A DNA stretch of 64,000 bases from Patescibacteria group bacterium (GTDB taxonomy: Bacteria; Patescibacteriota; UBA1384; XYA2-FULL-43-10; 1-14-0-10-43-13), in assembly GCA_041649155.1 (NCBI GenBank), contig JBAZNP010000001.1:67581-131580 (forward strand). The letters run 5' to 3'. Under the pieces are notes generated by a model. It was not told where the DNA came from. It did no database searches and saw only the letters and a list, made by a program, of their open reading frames with translations. The first letter of the stretch is position 1. Every line of letters starts with the position of its first letter. Shown piece after piece: positions 40,665 through 49,175 of this stretch. Both the position numbers and the translations under genes were made by a program.

Positions 40665-41081
40665 TTAGCAATGCTTGTTCTTGGTAATATGCGGAGGATT
40701 TTTATAAAAAGGAACAACCGCATTCTCAAATTTTTTGCCCTGTCCCTTCAACTCTTTCTTTGTCTTATCAGCAATTTTCTTGTCGTTTAGTCTACCGCAA
40801 TATCCGATTACCGGAATATTTAGGGAACATGCAATCAGATTGGCCGTTGCCAGGCTTATTCTTAATCCCGTATAAGAACCGGGACCCTGATTAACAACTA
40901 TGCCGTTAAGATTTTCTTTTTTTAAATTGCCTGAATTTAAAAAAGTGTCAATATTTATCAACATTTTCTCCGATAAATCATTTCTGACTTCAAACTGTTC
41001 CCTTCTGACAAAATTATAATCATTATCAAAAAGGCTTAAGATCATTTCATCTATCTCGGAATTATCAATCAACAAAATCAT
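40665..41081 (-). CDS. tsaB: t6A biosynthesis protein TsaB (short form)
   Basis: GPGSYTGLRI. Confidence 0.9.
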   Translation of the reverse strand: MILLIDNSEIDEMILSLFDNDYNFVRREQFEVRNDLSEKMLINIDTFLNSGNLKKENLNGIVVNQGPGSYTGLRISLATANLIACSLNIPVIGYCGRLNDKKIADKTKKELKGQGKKFENAVVPFYKNPPHITKNKHC

Positions 41082-41524
41082 CTATCCTCCAAATTGTCGG
41101 GTATTAACATTTTTCTTGTTTTATCATCGATATATTCAAACCTTAGCTCTACTGTCCTTGATGGCAGAATTTCTTTTATTTTATCGGGCCATTCCAGTAA
41201 AATGACAGCATCTTTATTTTCGAAAAGTTCATCTATTCCAATAGAATAGGCATCCTGTATTGATCCCATTCTATAACAATCAATATGAACTAAAAAACTG
41301 ATTTTTTGCTGATTTTCCGGCAAAGAATATTTTTTTAGTATGACAAAAGTTGGGCTGGTGATATTTTCTTTTATGCCCAAAGCACTAGCAAATCCCTTGG
41401 TAAATGTTGTTTTTCCACTTCCCAAGTCACCTTCCAGAGCAAAAACATCGCCTGGCTTCGCTTTAAAAGCTAAATCGCGGGCAATTTTAAAAGTTTCCTC
41501 TTCGCTTTTAGAAATATATTCCAT
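41078..41524 (-). CDS. tsaE: t6A biosynthesis ATPase TsaE
   Basis: GDLGSGKTTF, SPTF, HIDCYR, EW. Confidence 0.95.
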   Translation of the reverse strand: MEYISKSEEETFKIARDLAFKAKPGDVFALEGDLGSGKTTFTKGFASALGIKENITSPTFVILKKYSLPENQQKISFLVHIDCYRMGSIQDAYSIGIDELFENKDAVILLEWPDKIKEILPSRTVELRFEYIDDKTRKMLIPDNLEDR

Positions 41525-42744
41525 AGTATTGTTATAAATAAACCGATAGCTGGGTATATTAGTTGCTCTTCTCCTGCCCTGGGCAATTGATCTTCCGAGG
41601 CCACTATTTTAACATCATCTTGATCAATTGGCAAGATTCGATATTCATCTTTATATTGCGAAACGATCCCTGCAACTTCAACCTGATCACCTTTTTTCAT
41701 CTTAGGCTTGTTAATGCCCGTGGTTTTATTTATTACAACTTTAATTTCTGATTTGCCATCGCTAATATAAAATGTGTTCCCAGATGTTTCCGTTACAATT
41801 CCTGCCGTCTTAATATATGCGCCTTCATTTTCTTCGCCGATGTCAGATATCGTAATCTCTGTTGGGGTAACTGGATCAGTATGATTTAGTATGACGATAC
41901 TATCGGCACTACTAATTTTAACCCTTCTTTCATTATTTATTTGCGAAAGTTCACCAGTTACAGAAACCACATCCCCCAAAGAAAGCGTGGGGAAGTTTTT
42001 GCCATAACAATAAACCTGTATCCCTCCAGTTTCATCCTGTATATAGAAATATTGCGACGACAAAACCCCCGGCAAAGTTGTTACCGTACCTGTAACTATA
42101 ACATCTTCACCATCCTCCAAAGCCCTTGTGTCTTTAATATTCAAGGTTTCATCCGAAACTTCATCCGGATCATCTACAATTTCATCCACAATCTCTCGAT
42201 ATTCCGATCCGGGCGTCGGCAACGCTGGGACAAAATCAATGCTGTTATTGCCAGTAACTAAAGCATTTAGTTTTCTGGTAATAGATTCATTTGTTTTAGG
42301 AGCTTCGGCATTTTCCGATATATTATTTAAGACATCTTTGTCTTCATAGTCTCCATAAAATACCTTGTCTACGATCGTTGAATTAATTTTGTCTTTTAAT
42401 ATCATGCAATCGCCGCTATCATTCAAACCAGAAAAATAAATAACAGTATACTCTCCAGACCCCAAAACTCCGTTCAATTCATGTGGTTTATGATTATTAT
42501 CCTCCAGCGTATAATCAGACGAATCAACACTCTCCTCAGTGGGATTAAAAAGTTCAATCCATTCACCATTTTCGCAACTTGATTTTGTGCATAGCTCATT
42601 TATTAAAATATGATCCGCAATACTACCATCTGCAGCAGAAACACTTTTTGAACCCAAAAATATCGCTGCTAAAAAAGCGATAATATAAAATAGCGGTTTA
42701 ATAGCTATCTTAACCCGTCCCCTCCTAAACATAATCCACCTCAA
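41470..42744 (-). CDS. Surface protein: lamin-tail domain + OB-folds + LPRAG sorting-like tail
   Basis: INE..EWIELFN, TPG, YIQDETGGI, LPRAG + TM + basic tail. Confidence 0.8.
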   Translation of the reverse strand: MRWIMFRRGRVKIAIKPLFYIIAFLAAIFLGSKSVSAADGSIADHILINELCTKSSCENGEWIELFNPTEESVDSSDYTLEDNNHKPHELNGVLGSGEYTVIYFSGLNDSGDCMILKDKINSTIVDKVFYGDYEDKDVLNNISENAEAPKTNESITRKLNALVTGNNSIDFVPALPTPGSEYREIVDEIVDDPDEVSDETLNIKDTRALEDGEDVIVTGTVTTLPGVLSSQYFYIQDETGGIQVYCYGKNFPTLSLGDVVSVTGELSQINNERRVKISSADSIVILNHTDPVTPTEITISDIGEENEGAYIKTAGIVTETSGNTFYISDGKSEIKVVINKTTGINKPKMKKGDQVEVAGIVSQYKDEYRILPIDQDDVKIVASEDQLPRAGEEQLIYPAIGLFITILWNIFLKAKRKLLKLPAI

Positions 42745-42830
42745 ACGTTCTTTAATTAATTCGATAATTAAAGAATAATCGACAGGACATTAAGAAAAGT
42801 TAAAAATTATTAGAATTCAATGCTCTTAAA

Positions 42831-42868
42831 TATCCTAAATAACAAGCTATAGCATACTAATCGGGATA
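42831..42868. repeat. 38-bp imperfect palindrome, copy 1
   Basis: TATCCTAAATAACAA-GCTATAGC-ATACTAATCGGGATA. Confidence 0.85.
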
Positions 42869-42886
42869 CCATGATAAAATGTTAAT

Positions 42887-43420
42887 ATGCGAATGTCGAA
42901 AAACCAAAAAAATGTGCTAAAAATAATTGGCAAGAGCATTGTTCTAGCATCGGCACTGTTTGCTCCAAATATTATCCAGATAATGAGACCTAAAAATGCC
43001 AGGGAGAAATACAAGCACAGCAGAACTATCAAAAAGCTTTTTGATGATGAAATTATATACCTGTTCGGCGAAGAAATAAGGCTGACTAAAAAAGGGAAAG
43101 AATTGCTTGGCGTTATTCAGATTGAGGACATTCAAATATTCCCAAAAGATGAATGGAATGGAGTCTGGCATATAGTTTGTTATGATGTGCCAGAAGGCAA
43201 AAAGACAGCCAGGGATTATTTTCGAGCGAAGTTAGCTGAGGTTGGTTTTAAGTTTATTCAAGACAGCATGTGGGTTTATCCATATGAGTGCAAAGAGGAA
43301 ATCGCCATTATCTCTCAAAATCTGGGCATTGCCCCTTTCGTTGCGTACCTTAACACCGACTATCTACCCCAACAAGAGAGGCTAATTCGTCACTTTCAAC
43401 TCAAAAAAAAGAATCTATAA
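42887..43420 (+). CDS. PaaX-like protein with Cas2-like (ferredoxin-fold) domain
   Basis: RLTKKG, W.G.WHIVCYDVPE..K..RD.FR..L...GF..IQDSMWVYPY. Confidence 0.8.
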   Translation: MRMSKNQKNVLKIIGKSIVLASALFAPNIIQIMRPKNAREKYKHSRTIKKLFDDEIIYLFGEEIRLTKKGKELLGVIQIEDIQIFPKDEWNGVWHIVCYDVPEGKKTARDYFRAKLAEVGFKFIQDSMWVYPYECKEEIAIISQNLGIAPFVAYLNTDYLPQQERLIRHFQLKKKNL

Positions 43421-43433
43421 TTTTATTAATAAC

Positions 43434-43471
43434 TATCCCAAATAGCATGCTATAGCTTGTTAATCGGGATA
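43434..43471. repeat. 38-bp imperfect palindrome, copy 2
   Basis: TATCCCAAATAGCAT-GCTATAGC-TTGTTAATCGGGATA. Confidence 0.85.
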
Positions 43472-43543
43472 GTTGAGAATTAGAAATATTAGAATGAAGG
43501 GATTTGAATGTTGGAATTTTGGACCGAAGATGTGTTGAAGATG

Positions 43544-43658
43544 TTCGGGATGTGTTCGGTTTTATCCACAGCCCTGCGCACAAATTATAGACAATATCAT
43601 ATATTTGAGATCAAATAGAGCAATTCATGTGTTCGGTTTCTGTTCGCACTTATCCACA
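43544..43658. promoter_or_regulatory. Two units of TTCGG-N6-TTCG(G/C) each followed by a perfect DnaA box
   Basis: TTCGG at 43544/43555 and 43632/43643; TTATCCACA at 43562 and 43650. Confidence 0.55.
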
Positions 43659-43668
43659 GGCGATGATT

Positions 43669-43748
43669 TTTATTTAATTCCATAATACCATATCTGGCTT
43701 GAGTACAAAGTATACTAAATAAGAAGCTATAGCTTGTTAATCAGGATA
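43669..43748 (-). repeat. 80-bp duplicated promoter unit including palindrome copy 3 (43711-43748)
   Basis: Near-identical to 44801-44880; minus-strand TTGTAC...TATTAT promoter-like pair. Confidence 0.8.
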
Positions 43749-43879
43749 GTTGAGGATTAAAAATATTGGAATATTGGAATGTTAGAATTATTGAATTATT
43801 TTTTTTAAATTAATCATAAAACGCGAAATTTCGAGCTTGCAGGAGAACCCCTTATCCCGCTCGATTACAGTGGGTGTAG

Positions 43880-44251
43880 CTAACTTGGCCAAATGACGCC
43901 GATAATGACCGTGATAGCAAATAAAACAAGAGAAATAAGCGCCATTACTTTTGCATTTTTCTTTTGCTCAGAAAAACGGCTTAAAATAAGCAGAAATATA
44001 GACAACAAGATTATTCCGGGAATATTTAACCCAACAGAATAAACCCAATTTGGGAAGTCATGATAACTGTTTGAGTTTATAGTTTTAACGGTCATGATCA
44101 TAAGCAAGATATTCGAAATTACAAAACCAATAAATACTAGGTAGGTTATAAACTTTGTAATTACTAAAACAGCACCGGGCTTACTCTTTTGTGGTTCTGG
44201 TGCTTGATTGCTTTGAGATAAACCTTGATAAGGGTCGTTTTGTGTCTCCAT
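43880..44251 (-). CDS. Hypothetical 3-TM protein
   Basis: RBS AGGAGG, Q/P-rich N-terminus followed by TMs. Confidence 0.75.
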   Translation of the reverse strand: METQNDPYQGLSQSNQAPEPQKSKPGAVLVITKFITYLVFIGFVISNILLMIMTVKTINSNSYHDFPNWVYSVGLNIPGIILLSIFLLILSRFSEQKKNAKVMALISLVLFAITVIIGVIWPS

Positions 44252-44391
44252 CTTCCTCCTTTTTTATTTGTCCTTATTTTACCATTTTCATAATGTTATT
44301 AATGATTTTTGTTGAGTTATTTTCTTAAATATTTTCAAAAAGCCTAATCTCGTGCTTGCGAGAGAACGTCCACGAAAGCTCAGTAACTTTT

Positions 44392-44796
44392 TTAGCCGAA
44401 TGCGCCCATAAACAATAAAACTCCTGCAATATACAAAACAAATAGAACTATGATTTGAATTAAGGGTTTTAACAACCATTTCCAAGCCTTATTTTTAATA
44501 GCCAAGATTATACCTGCAACTAGATATATTGACTGCAGCAAAAATAAAAATTCTATTATATATCCCAAACCATCAGTCAAATCTATAAATGGAAAGAATG
44601 TAGATATGAATAAAAAAGCCCACAAACACGATAGTACAATAAAGGCTGTATTGAATATCTTTTCCCAAAACCGTGGACCAATCGAACCTAAAACCTTTGA
44701 ATTGTTATTTTGCTGTCCGCCCGATGCGTTGGGCTGCACTTGCTGGTCGTATTGCAATGGTTGATTTATTGGATCTTCTGTCATTTCCCTCCTCAA
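44392..44796 (-). CDS. Hypothetical 3-TM protein
   Basis: Same architecture as 43880..44251; real start probably MTEDP. Confidence 0.75.
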   Translation of the reverse strand: MRREMTEDPINQPLQYDQQVQPNASGGQQNNNSKVLGSIGPRFWEKIFNTAFIVLSCLWAFLFISTFFPFIDLTDGLGYIIEFLFLLQSIYLVAGIILAIKNKAWKWLLKPLIQIIVLFVLYIAGVLLFMGAFG

Positions 44797-44800
44797 TAAT

Positions 44801-44880
44801 TTTATTTAATTCCATAATACCATATCTGGCTTGGGTACAAAGCATACCAAATAAGAAGCTATAGCATACTAATCGGGATA
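44801..44880 (-). repeat. 80-bp duplicated promoter unit including palindrome copy 4 (44843-44880)
   Basis: Near-identical to 43669-43748. Confidence 0.8.
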
Positions 44881-45019
44881 GCGGTAGAGATTAAAGTCTT
44901 ATTTTAGAGCAGGTAAGATAAGAAATAAGACGAGAAAAATGAAGTGTCGTCAAAAAACACAAGAAATTTACTCAAATATTTTCAAAAATCCTAATTTTGT
45001 GCTTGTGAAAAAACGTCCC

Positions 45020-45214
45020 CTAAGCTCCACTTTCGGTTTCTGATTTTTGTTTATGTTCCTTACAGTTTTCACAATTAAATATCTCGTCTCTATGAAATTC
45101 GTGGTTGCATTTTGGGTATTTATAAACCGTTTTTGATTCAAAAATTGTACCTGGTGCACCATCATTTTTTTCAAGTTCTACTTCGCTAAGGTATATGCAA
45201 TCTTTCTTATACAT
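45020..45214 (-). CDS. Small Cys-containing hypothetical protein
   Basis: RBS GAGG; C..C.H..CENC. Confidence 0.55.
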   Translation of the reverse strand: MYKKDCIYLSEVELEKNDGAPGTIFESKTVYKYPKCNHEFHRDEIFNCENCKEHKQKSETESGA

Positions 45215-45228
45215 GCTTGTCCTCTATT

Positions 45229-45393
45229 TTAATTTTTTTCTATATCTAAATATTCCAGATCGTTTTTATATTCTGGTTTGGTGTCACCATTATCGTAAAC
45301 AAAATCAAGAATGTGAGTTTTCGGATTCGCCCATGATTCAATTTCACAATGCCCAATCACTCCGTCACTATTTTTAACTTTCACTGAGACCAT
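45229..45393 (-). CDS. Small 54-aa hypothetical protein (not in ORF track)
   Basis: RBS GGAGG; MVSVKVKNSDG...LDIEKN*. Confidence 0.55.
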   Translation of the reverse strand: MVSVKVKNSDGVIGHCEIESWANPKTHILDFVYDNGDTKPEYKNDLEYLDIEKN

Positions 45394-45412
45394 AATTACC
45401 CTCCAAAAATTA

Positions 45413-45577
45413 CTATAATAATTTTTTAATATTGCTTAATTCACATTTATTAGTATGGACGAAATCGATCATTCCACATGATGGACATTTTAATGTTGAG
45501 TCACCTCTTTCTCCATTAGTCTGAAAATCAAGACTCTCTTCGTGTAAATAATCTTCGTACTCTTTATTTAGCTTCAT
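45413..45577 (-). CDS. Small zinc-finger-like protein (CPSC..H...C)
   Basis: RBS AAGGAG before MKLNKEY. Confidence 0.55.
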   Translation of the reverse strand: MKLNKEYEDYLHEESLDFQTNGERGDSTLKCPSCGMIDFVHTNKCELSNIKKLL

Positions 45578-45731
45578 TTTTCTCCTTTTTTGCGAAAAAC
45601 AATTCAACCATTTAACTATTCAACAAGTTAACGGACCCATTATGCCAAACATACCCCAAACAGAGCAAGTTGTTTTCTTATCGCCAAAACCGTATTTAAT
45701 AGAAAACCGTCCCCTAAACTACTTGTTCACC

Positions 45732-46367
45732 CTAGAATTTCCCTTCAATTTTAGATGTTGTCCTTTTGACATTTATATTGCCGTGGCGACCTCTTTCTCT
45801 CGGATTATTAAAATAATTTCCGTTTAACTCACTGCCTCTGTTGAGTATTGCTAGTAAAGCAGTGCCAGTATGATCCCTCATATCATCGTCAGGTGCAGGT
45901 GCTGAAGTTCTATTCTGATATACGTATACCAATTCATGGTTCTCGTTGTTGTTCCGGCATATGTTGGCAATTAGGTTATAAGAACCGGACCTCTGAGTGT
46001 AAAGATTTACTTTAATAGAAGTTAAGCTTTGTTTGATTTCAATTACGGTTGGGTATTTTGTTTTTTCCTTGTCGTAACTGCTAGTGAGAAAGCCCTCGTA
46101 TCTACCGTTAACATTTGGGATTCCAACCAATTTTTTTATTAAAGGAAGTTTCCATAAATAAACATTAAACAGCCAAAAGAAAAGCAACAAAATCAATAGT
46201 GTCGTTGGAGCTTCAAACAAACCGAAAGAATAAATTTTGTAAAGATAATTTTCGTGCGGTAATTTTTCTATCCAAAAAATTAGACCTGACGATACCCATG
46301 ACGCTGGGGCAGTAAACACGACACAAAAAATAAAATAAAATTTACTCGTTAGGCGGAATGGCTTCAT
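45732..46367 (-). CDS. CBASS Cap15-like 2TM + beta-barrel effector
   Basis: Two TMs, W..P..G.P.VNGRYEG.L.S, I.Q, Y.Y.N, H.G, G.YF...RG..G; follows the CD-NTase. Confidence 0.82.
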   Translation of the reverse strand: MKPFRLTSKFYFIFCVVFTAPASWVSSGLIFWIEKLPHENYLYKIYSFGLFEAPTTLLILLLFFWLFNVYLWKLPLIKKLVGIPNVNGRYEGFLTSSYDKEKTKYPTVIEIKQSLTSIKVNLYTQRSGSYNLIANICRNNNENHELVYVYQNRTSAPAPDDDMRDHTGTALLAILNRGSELNGNYFNNPRERGRHGNINVKRTTSKIEGKF

Positions 46368-46378
46368 AAATCTCCCTG

Positions 46379-47242
46379 TTAAATATTAAAGGCTTTGTCC
46401 CAAGCAGTTACAGCTTCTTGAGCCGTGGTTGCCCTATAGGCAGCTAGGCTTTGCACTAAAGAACTAGCAAGAGTATTTCTGAATAATTGGCTATCCCAAT
46501 TATTTGTAATATGTTCAGTGCCGCAAACGCTTGGCACTTGAGTTTCCTGTGCTAGTGATTCTAAAATATGGCTCCCAACCAAAATGAATGAACTAACATG
46601 GTCGTTGGCGAAATTTTCATTGGGGGACGCATGAACCAGAGACTCTATTTGGTATGAAGAAACAACATCCGCATCCCCAAAATGATTTTTTGACCAATTT
46701 TTAAACATTCGAACGACAGGCTTAAAGTTTTCATTAGTTTTATTGTGTTTTTCCGCTCCATTTTTGATGTGAGTGCGAGGACTGTTAACTTTTTCCAAGC
46801 CGGTTTTGAAGGAATATATGGCAATGGGATCCGTCATTATGTCATGGGTGATTTTTACTGCGGGGACAACGTCTGCCTTAAATGTCGATGTTGAAACTTC
46901 TATGCATTTCCCGCTATCGCTTCGTTTTATAGTCCAGTCATAACGATTTTGATTCTCGAGTTTTTCCTCGATTTCTGCAAAAATACACTCCCATGCTATG
47001 CTAGTTGGACAGACTATTCCAGAATGAACACTGCTAAAAGTATCTTTTCGTATGGCGACAATATCAACATCATTGATATCTGAAATCGAGGTATCGTTAG
47101 CATAAGATCCCTGTAGGAATGTTTGATGGTCGACGAGTAATTCTTGGATGTAGTTTTGAAGATTGGCAACTTCTCTCCGTTTTGTATCAGAGATGCTTTT
47201 TGTATGTTTTAGAACATGCTGAACAGGCACATTGTGAGTCAT
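46379..47242 (-). CDS. CBASS cGAS/DncV-like nucleotidyltransferase (CdnE-like)
   Basis: LQGSYANDT...DVDIV, ADVVPA, P..H..NG..K, FKPVVRMFKNW, SYQIESL. Confidence 0.88.
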   Translation of the reverse strand: MTHNVPVQHVLKHTKSISDTKRREVANLQNYIQELLVDHQTFLQGSYANDTSISDINDVDIVAIRKDTFSSVHSGIVCPTSIAWECIFAEIEEKLENQNRYDWTIKRSDSGKCIEVSTSTFKADVVPAVKITHDIMTDPIAIYSFKTGLEKVNSPRTHIKNGAEKHNKTNENFKPVVRMFKNWSKNHFGDADVVSSYQIESLVHASPNENFANDHVSSFILVGSHILESLAQETQVPSVCGTEHITNNWDSQLFRNTLASSLVQSLAAYRATTAQEAVTAWDKAFNI

Positions 47243-47259
47243 TGCTCCCTCCCTTTCAA

Positions 47260-47904
47260 TTAAATTAGTTTCGGTTTTTTAATGACTTGGATGACTTTAC
47301 CGCAGATAGAATAGTTTTCCATCTCATCAATTCCAATAAATATTGGTGGAAAGTTTTTTGTTGACTCTGGCATTAAGACGATCTGTTCGTTTTCTCTGTC
47401 TTCGAAATACTTTTTTATATTTGCCATGCCATCAATTATGGAAACAATGTAGTCCCCATTACGAGGTTGCTGATACTCCGAATCAACGACAACATAGTCG
47501 CCATTTTCGATGTTTTTATCGCCGTTAACCTTAGCCTTGTTCATCGAATCGCCGGATGCTTCAAGGATAAAAATATTCCTGGTTTTGGTTAACAACTTTT
47601 TTGATACCTTAAGGTACCCTTCGACATAATTGTCTGCAAAATGAGTAGCGAATCCGCAATCTGCTGCGCCATATATTGGCAGAGACAATAAACCCTCGGA
47701 ACTTTCGGAGAGTTTTTTAACTACATCAATCTTTTTAGAATCAGGATTATATTTAACAAGACCTCTTTTTTCCAGCTGATCAAGGTGATGTTTTACATTT
47801 TGTGGGTGGTTAATCCCTGCCAGAATACCAAGCTGTCTCAGGGTAACATCCCCAATTTTATTGTCAGTTAAAAGTTCTAACAGTTTTTTTTGTGTTGAAT
47901 GCAT
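47260..47904 (-). CDS. LexA-like repressor (wHTH + S24 peptidase)
   Basis: HHLDQLEKRG, G.ADCG cleavage loop, GDSM, IKK. Confidence 0.88.
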   Translation of the reverse strand: MHSTQKKLLELLTDNKIGDVTLRQLGILAGINHPQNVKHHLDQLEKRGLVKYNPDSKKIDVVKKLSESSEGLLSLPIYGAADCGFATHFADNYVEGYLKVSKKLLTKTRNIFILEASGDSMNKAKVNGDKNIENGDYVVVDSEYQQPRNGDYIVSIIDGMANIKKYFEDRENEQIVLMPESTKNFPPIFIGIDEMENYSICGKVIQVIKKPKLI

Positions 47905-48098
47905 TAATTCTCCTTATGGTTCAATTATAGCAAACTAAACATTATCTGTAAAGTTATGTTATCTATTGACAGACTATTAGTTTTTAAAATAAACTGAAAA
48001 TTAAGAGGTCGCTGAGTTAGCATTTTTACATCTAACTTGGAGGTGGACAGCGTTTGGTCGGTCCTCAGATTATCAGTAATTCAAAGGAGAATTGAAAG

Positions 48099-48383
48099 AT
48101 GTTATCCAATGGATTTTCAGCTGAGATTGTAGAAAAAGTTTGGCAAAAAGGTTTAATTGTCTTGGGACAAAACTCCAACCTTATGCGCAAAGATGCTTGT
48201 GGCGCTTTCATAAAGAGAAATCTTTATGGGGTAAGGGATGGGCAATCTGGCAATGGTTGGGAAATAGACCACATTGACCCGAACGGTTCCGACGATCTCA
48301 GTAACCTTAGGCCGTTACAATGGTACAACAACGTTACCAAAAGTGATGGTGTGTTAAAATGCGCAGTGAGAGCTAGTGCTTAG
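48099..48383 (+). CDS. Small HNH endonuclease-like protein
   Basis: RKDACG, GWEIDHI.P.GSDDLSNLRPLQWYNN..K. Confidence 0.85.
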   Translation: MLSNGFSAEIVEKVWQKGLIVLGQNSNLMRKDACGAFIKRNLYGVRDGQSGNGWEIDHIDPNGSDDLSNLRPLQWYNNVTKSDGVLKCAVRASA

Positions 48384-48425
48384 CGCAACCAAAAAGCAGG
48401 TGGGTAATTTGCCTGCTTTTTGAAT

Positions 48426-48860
48426 TCAAATATTAATAATTACAAACCAAAAAACAAAAGATAAACCGGCAACAAAACTTAGCCAAAAAAGCCAAAAAAA
48501 GAACACATAAAATATGGTTTGTGCTTTACCCGGCTTCTTTTCTTCTATGAATTTTGTTGCCGTCATATATTCATGAGGTGATTTCTCGTAGTCCAATAGA
48601 AAATTTTGTTTATTCAGATCAATAATCGAAATTTCACTTAGCAAATACCTCATTACTATATTGCTAAGAGTGCATACCAATAGTGCAATCCATGCAGATT
48701 TTAGTAGATTTACCTCTACTGGAGTTTCAAAGTAATTCAAAAGAGATAGGCTTGATACTAGGGCGCCAGCAGAGATTGTTAATATTGCGTTAAACAAGGC
48801 ATCCCTATTCGTCATGACCATTCGCCTTGATAAATTGAGTTCTTTATACCTCTCGTCCAT
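48426..48860 (-). CDS. Hypothetical 3-TM protein
   Basis: Hydrophobic segments. Confidence 0.65.
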   Translation of the reverse strand: MDERYKELNLSRRMVMTNRDALFNAILTISAGALVSSLSLLNYFETPVEVNLLKSAWIALLVCTLSNIVMRYLLSEISIIDLNKQNFLLDYEKSPHEYMTATKFIEEKKPGKAQTIFYVFFFWLFWLSFVAGLSFVFWFVIINI

Positions 48861-48863
48861 AGG

Positions 48864-49075
48864 TTAAACAATCTTGTTAATCTCTTTCATAATTCTGTCT
48901 GTTTCAGCAAGAGCAATGATTATCTTTTGGTAATGCTCAATATCTTCGGAATTTAATGTTCTATTTTTGCGGTCTTTAAGCCACTTTTGAGCTGGTTGAT
49001 AGCCACCAATATAAGAATTCCATGCAGCTTCTGGAACATTGCCAAAATATTGACTACCATTTATGTAGACTCTGA
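48864..49075 (-). pseudogene. C-terminal remnant of type ISP restriction-modification enzyme
   Basis: RVYING.QYFGNVPE.AW..YIGGYQPAQKWLKDRK. Confidence 0.75.
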
Positions 49076-49175
49076 CGGCGCTAAACTCAATTTTCTTAAT
49101 TCCCTTGATCATTTTTGCAAAACATGAAAGAAAAAATCTCATTTTTCATCTTTATTGCTTTGATTTCCCTGTCAC

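Noticed and set aside
43544-43658. Chromosomal origin oriC
   Set aside because: Only two DnaA boxes, inside an accessory region, with no dnaA/dnaN nearby.
42831-44880. CRISPR array next to a Cas2-like gene
   Set aside because: Repeat starts are 603, 277 and 1132 nt apart and enclose whole genes; no cas1 or effector genes; the protein fits the PaaX-like family.
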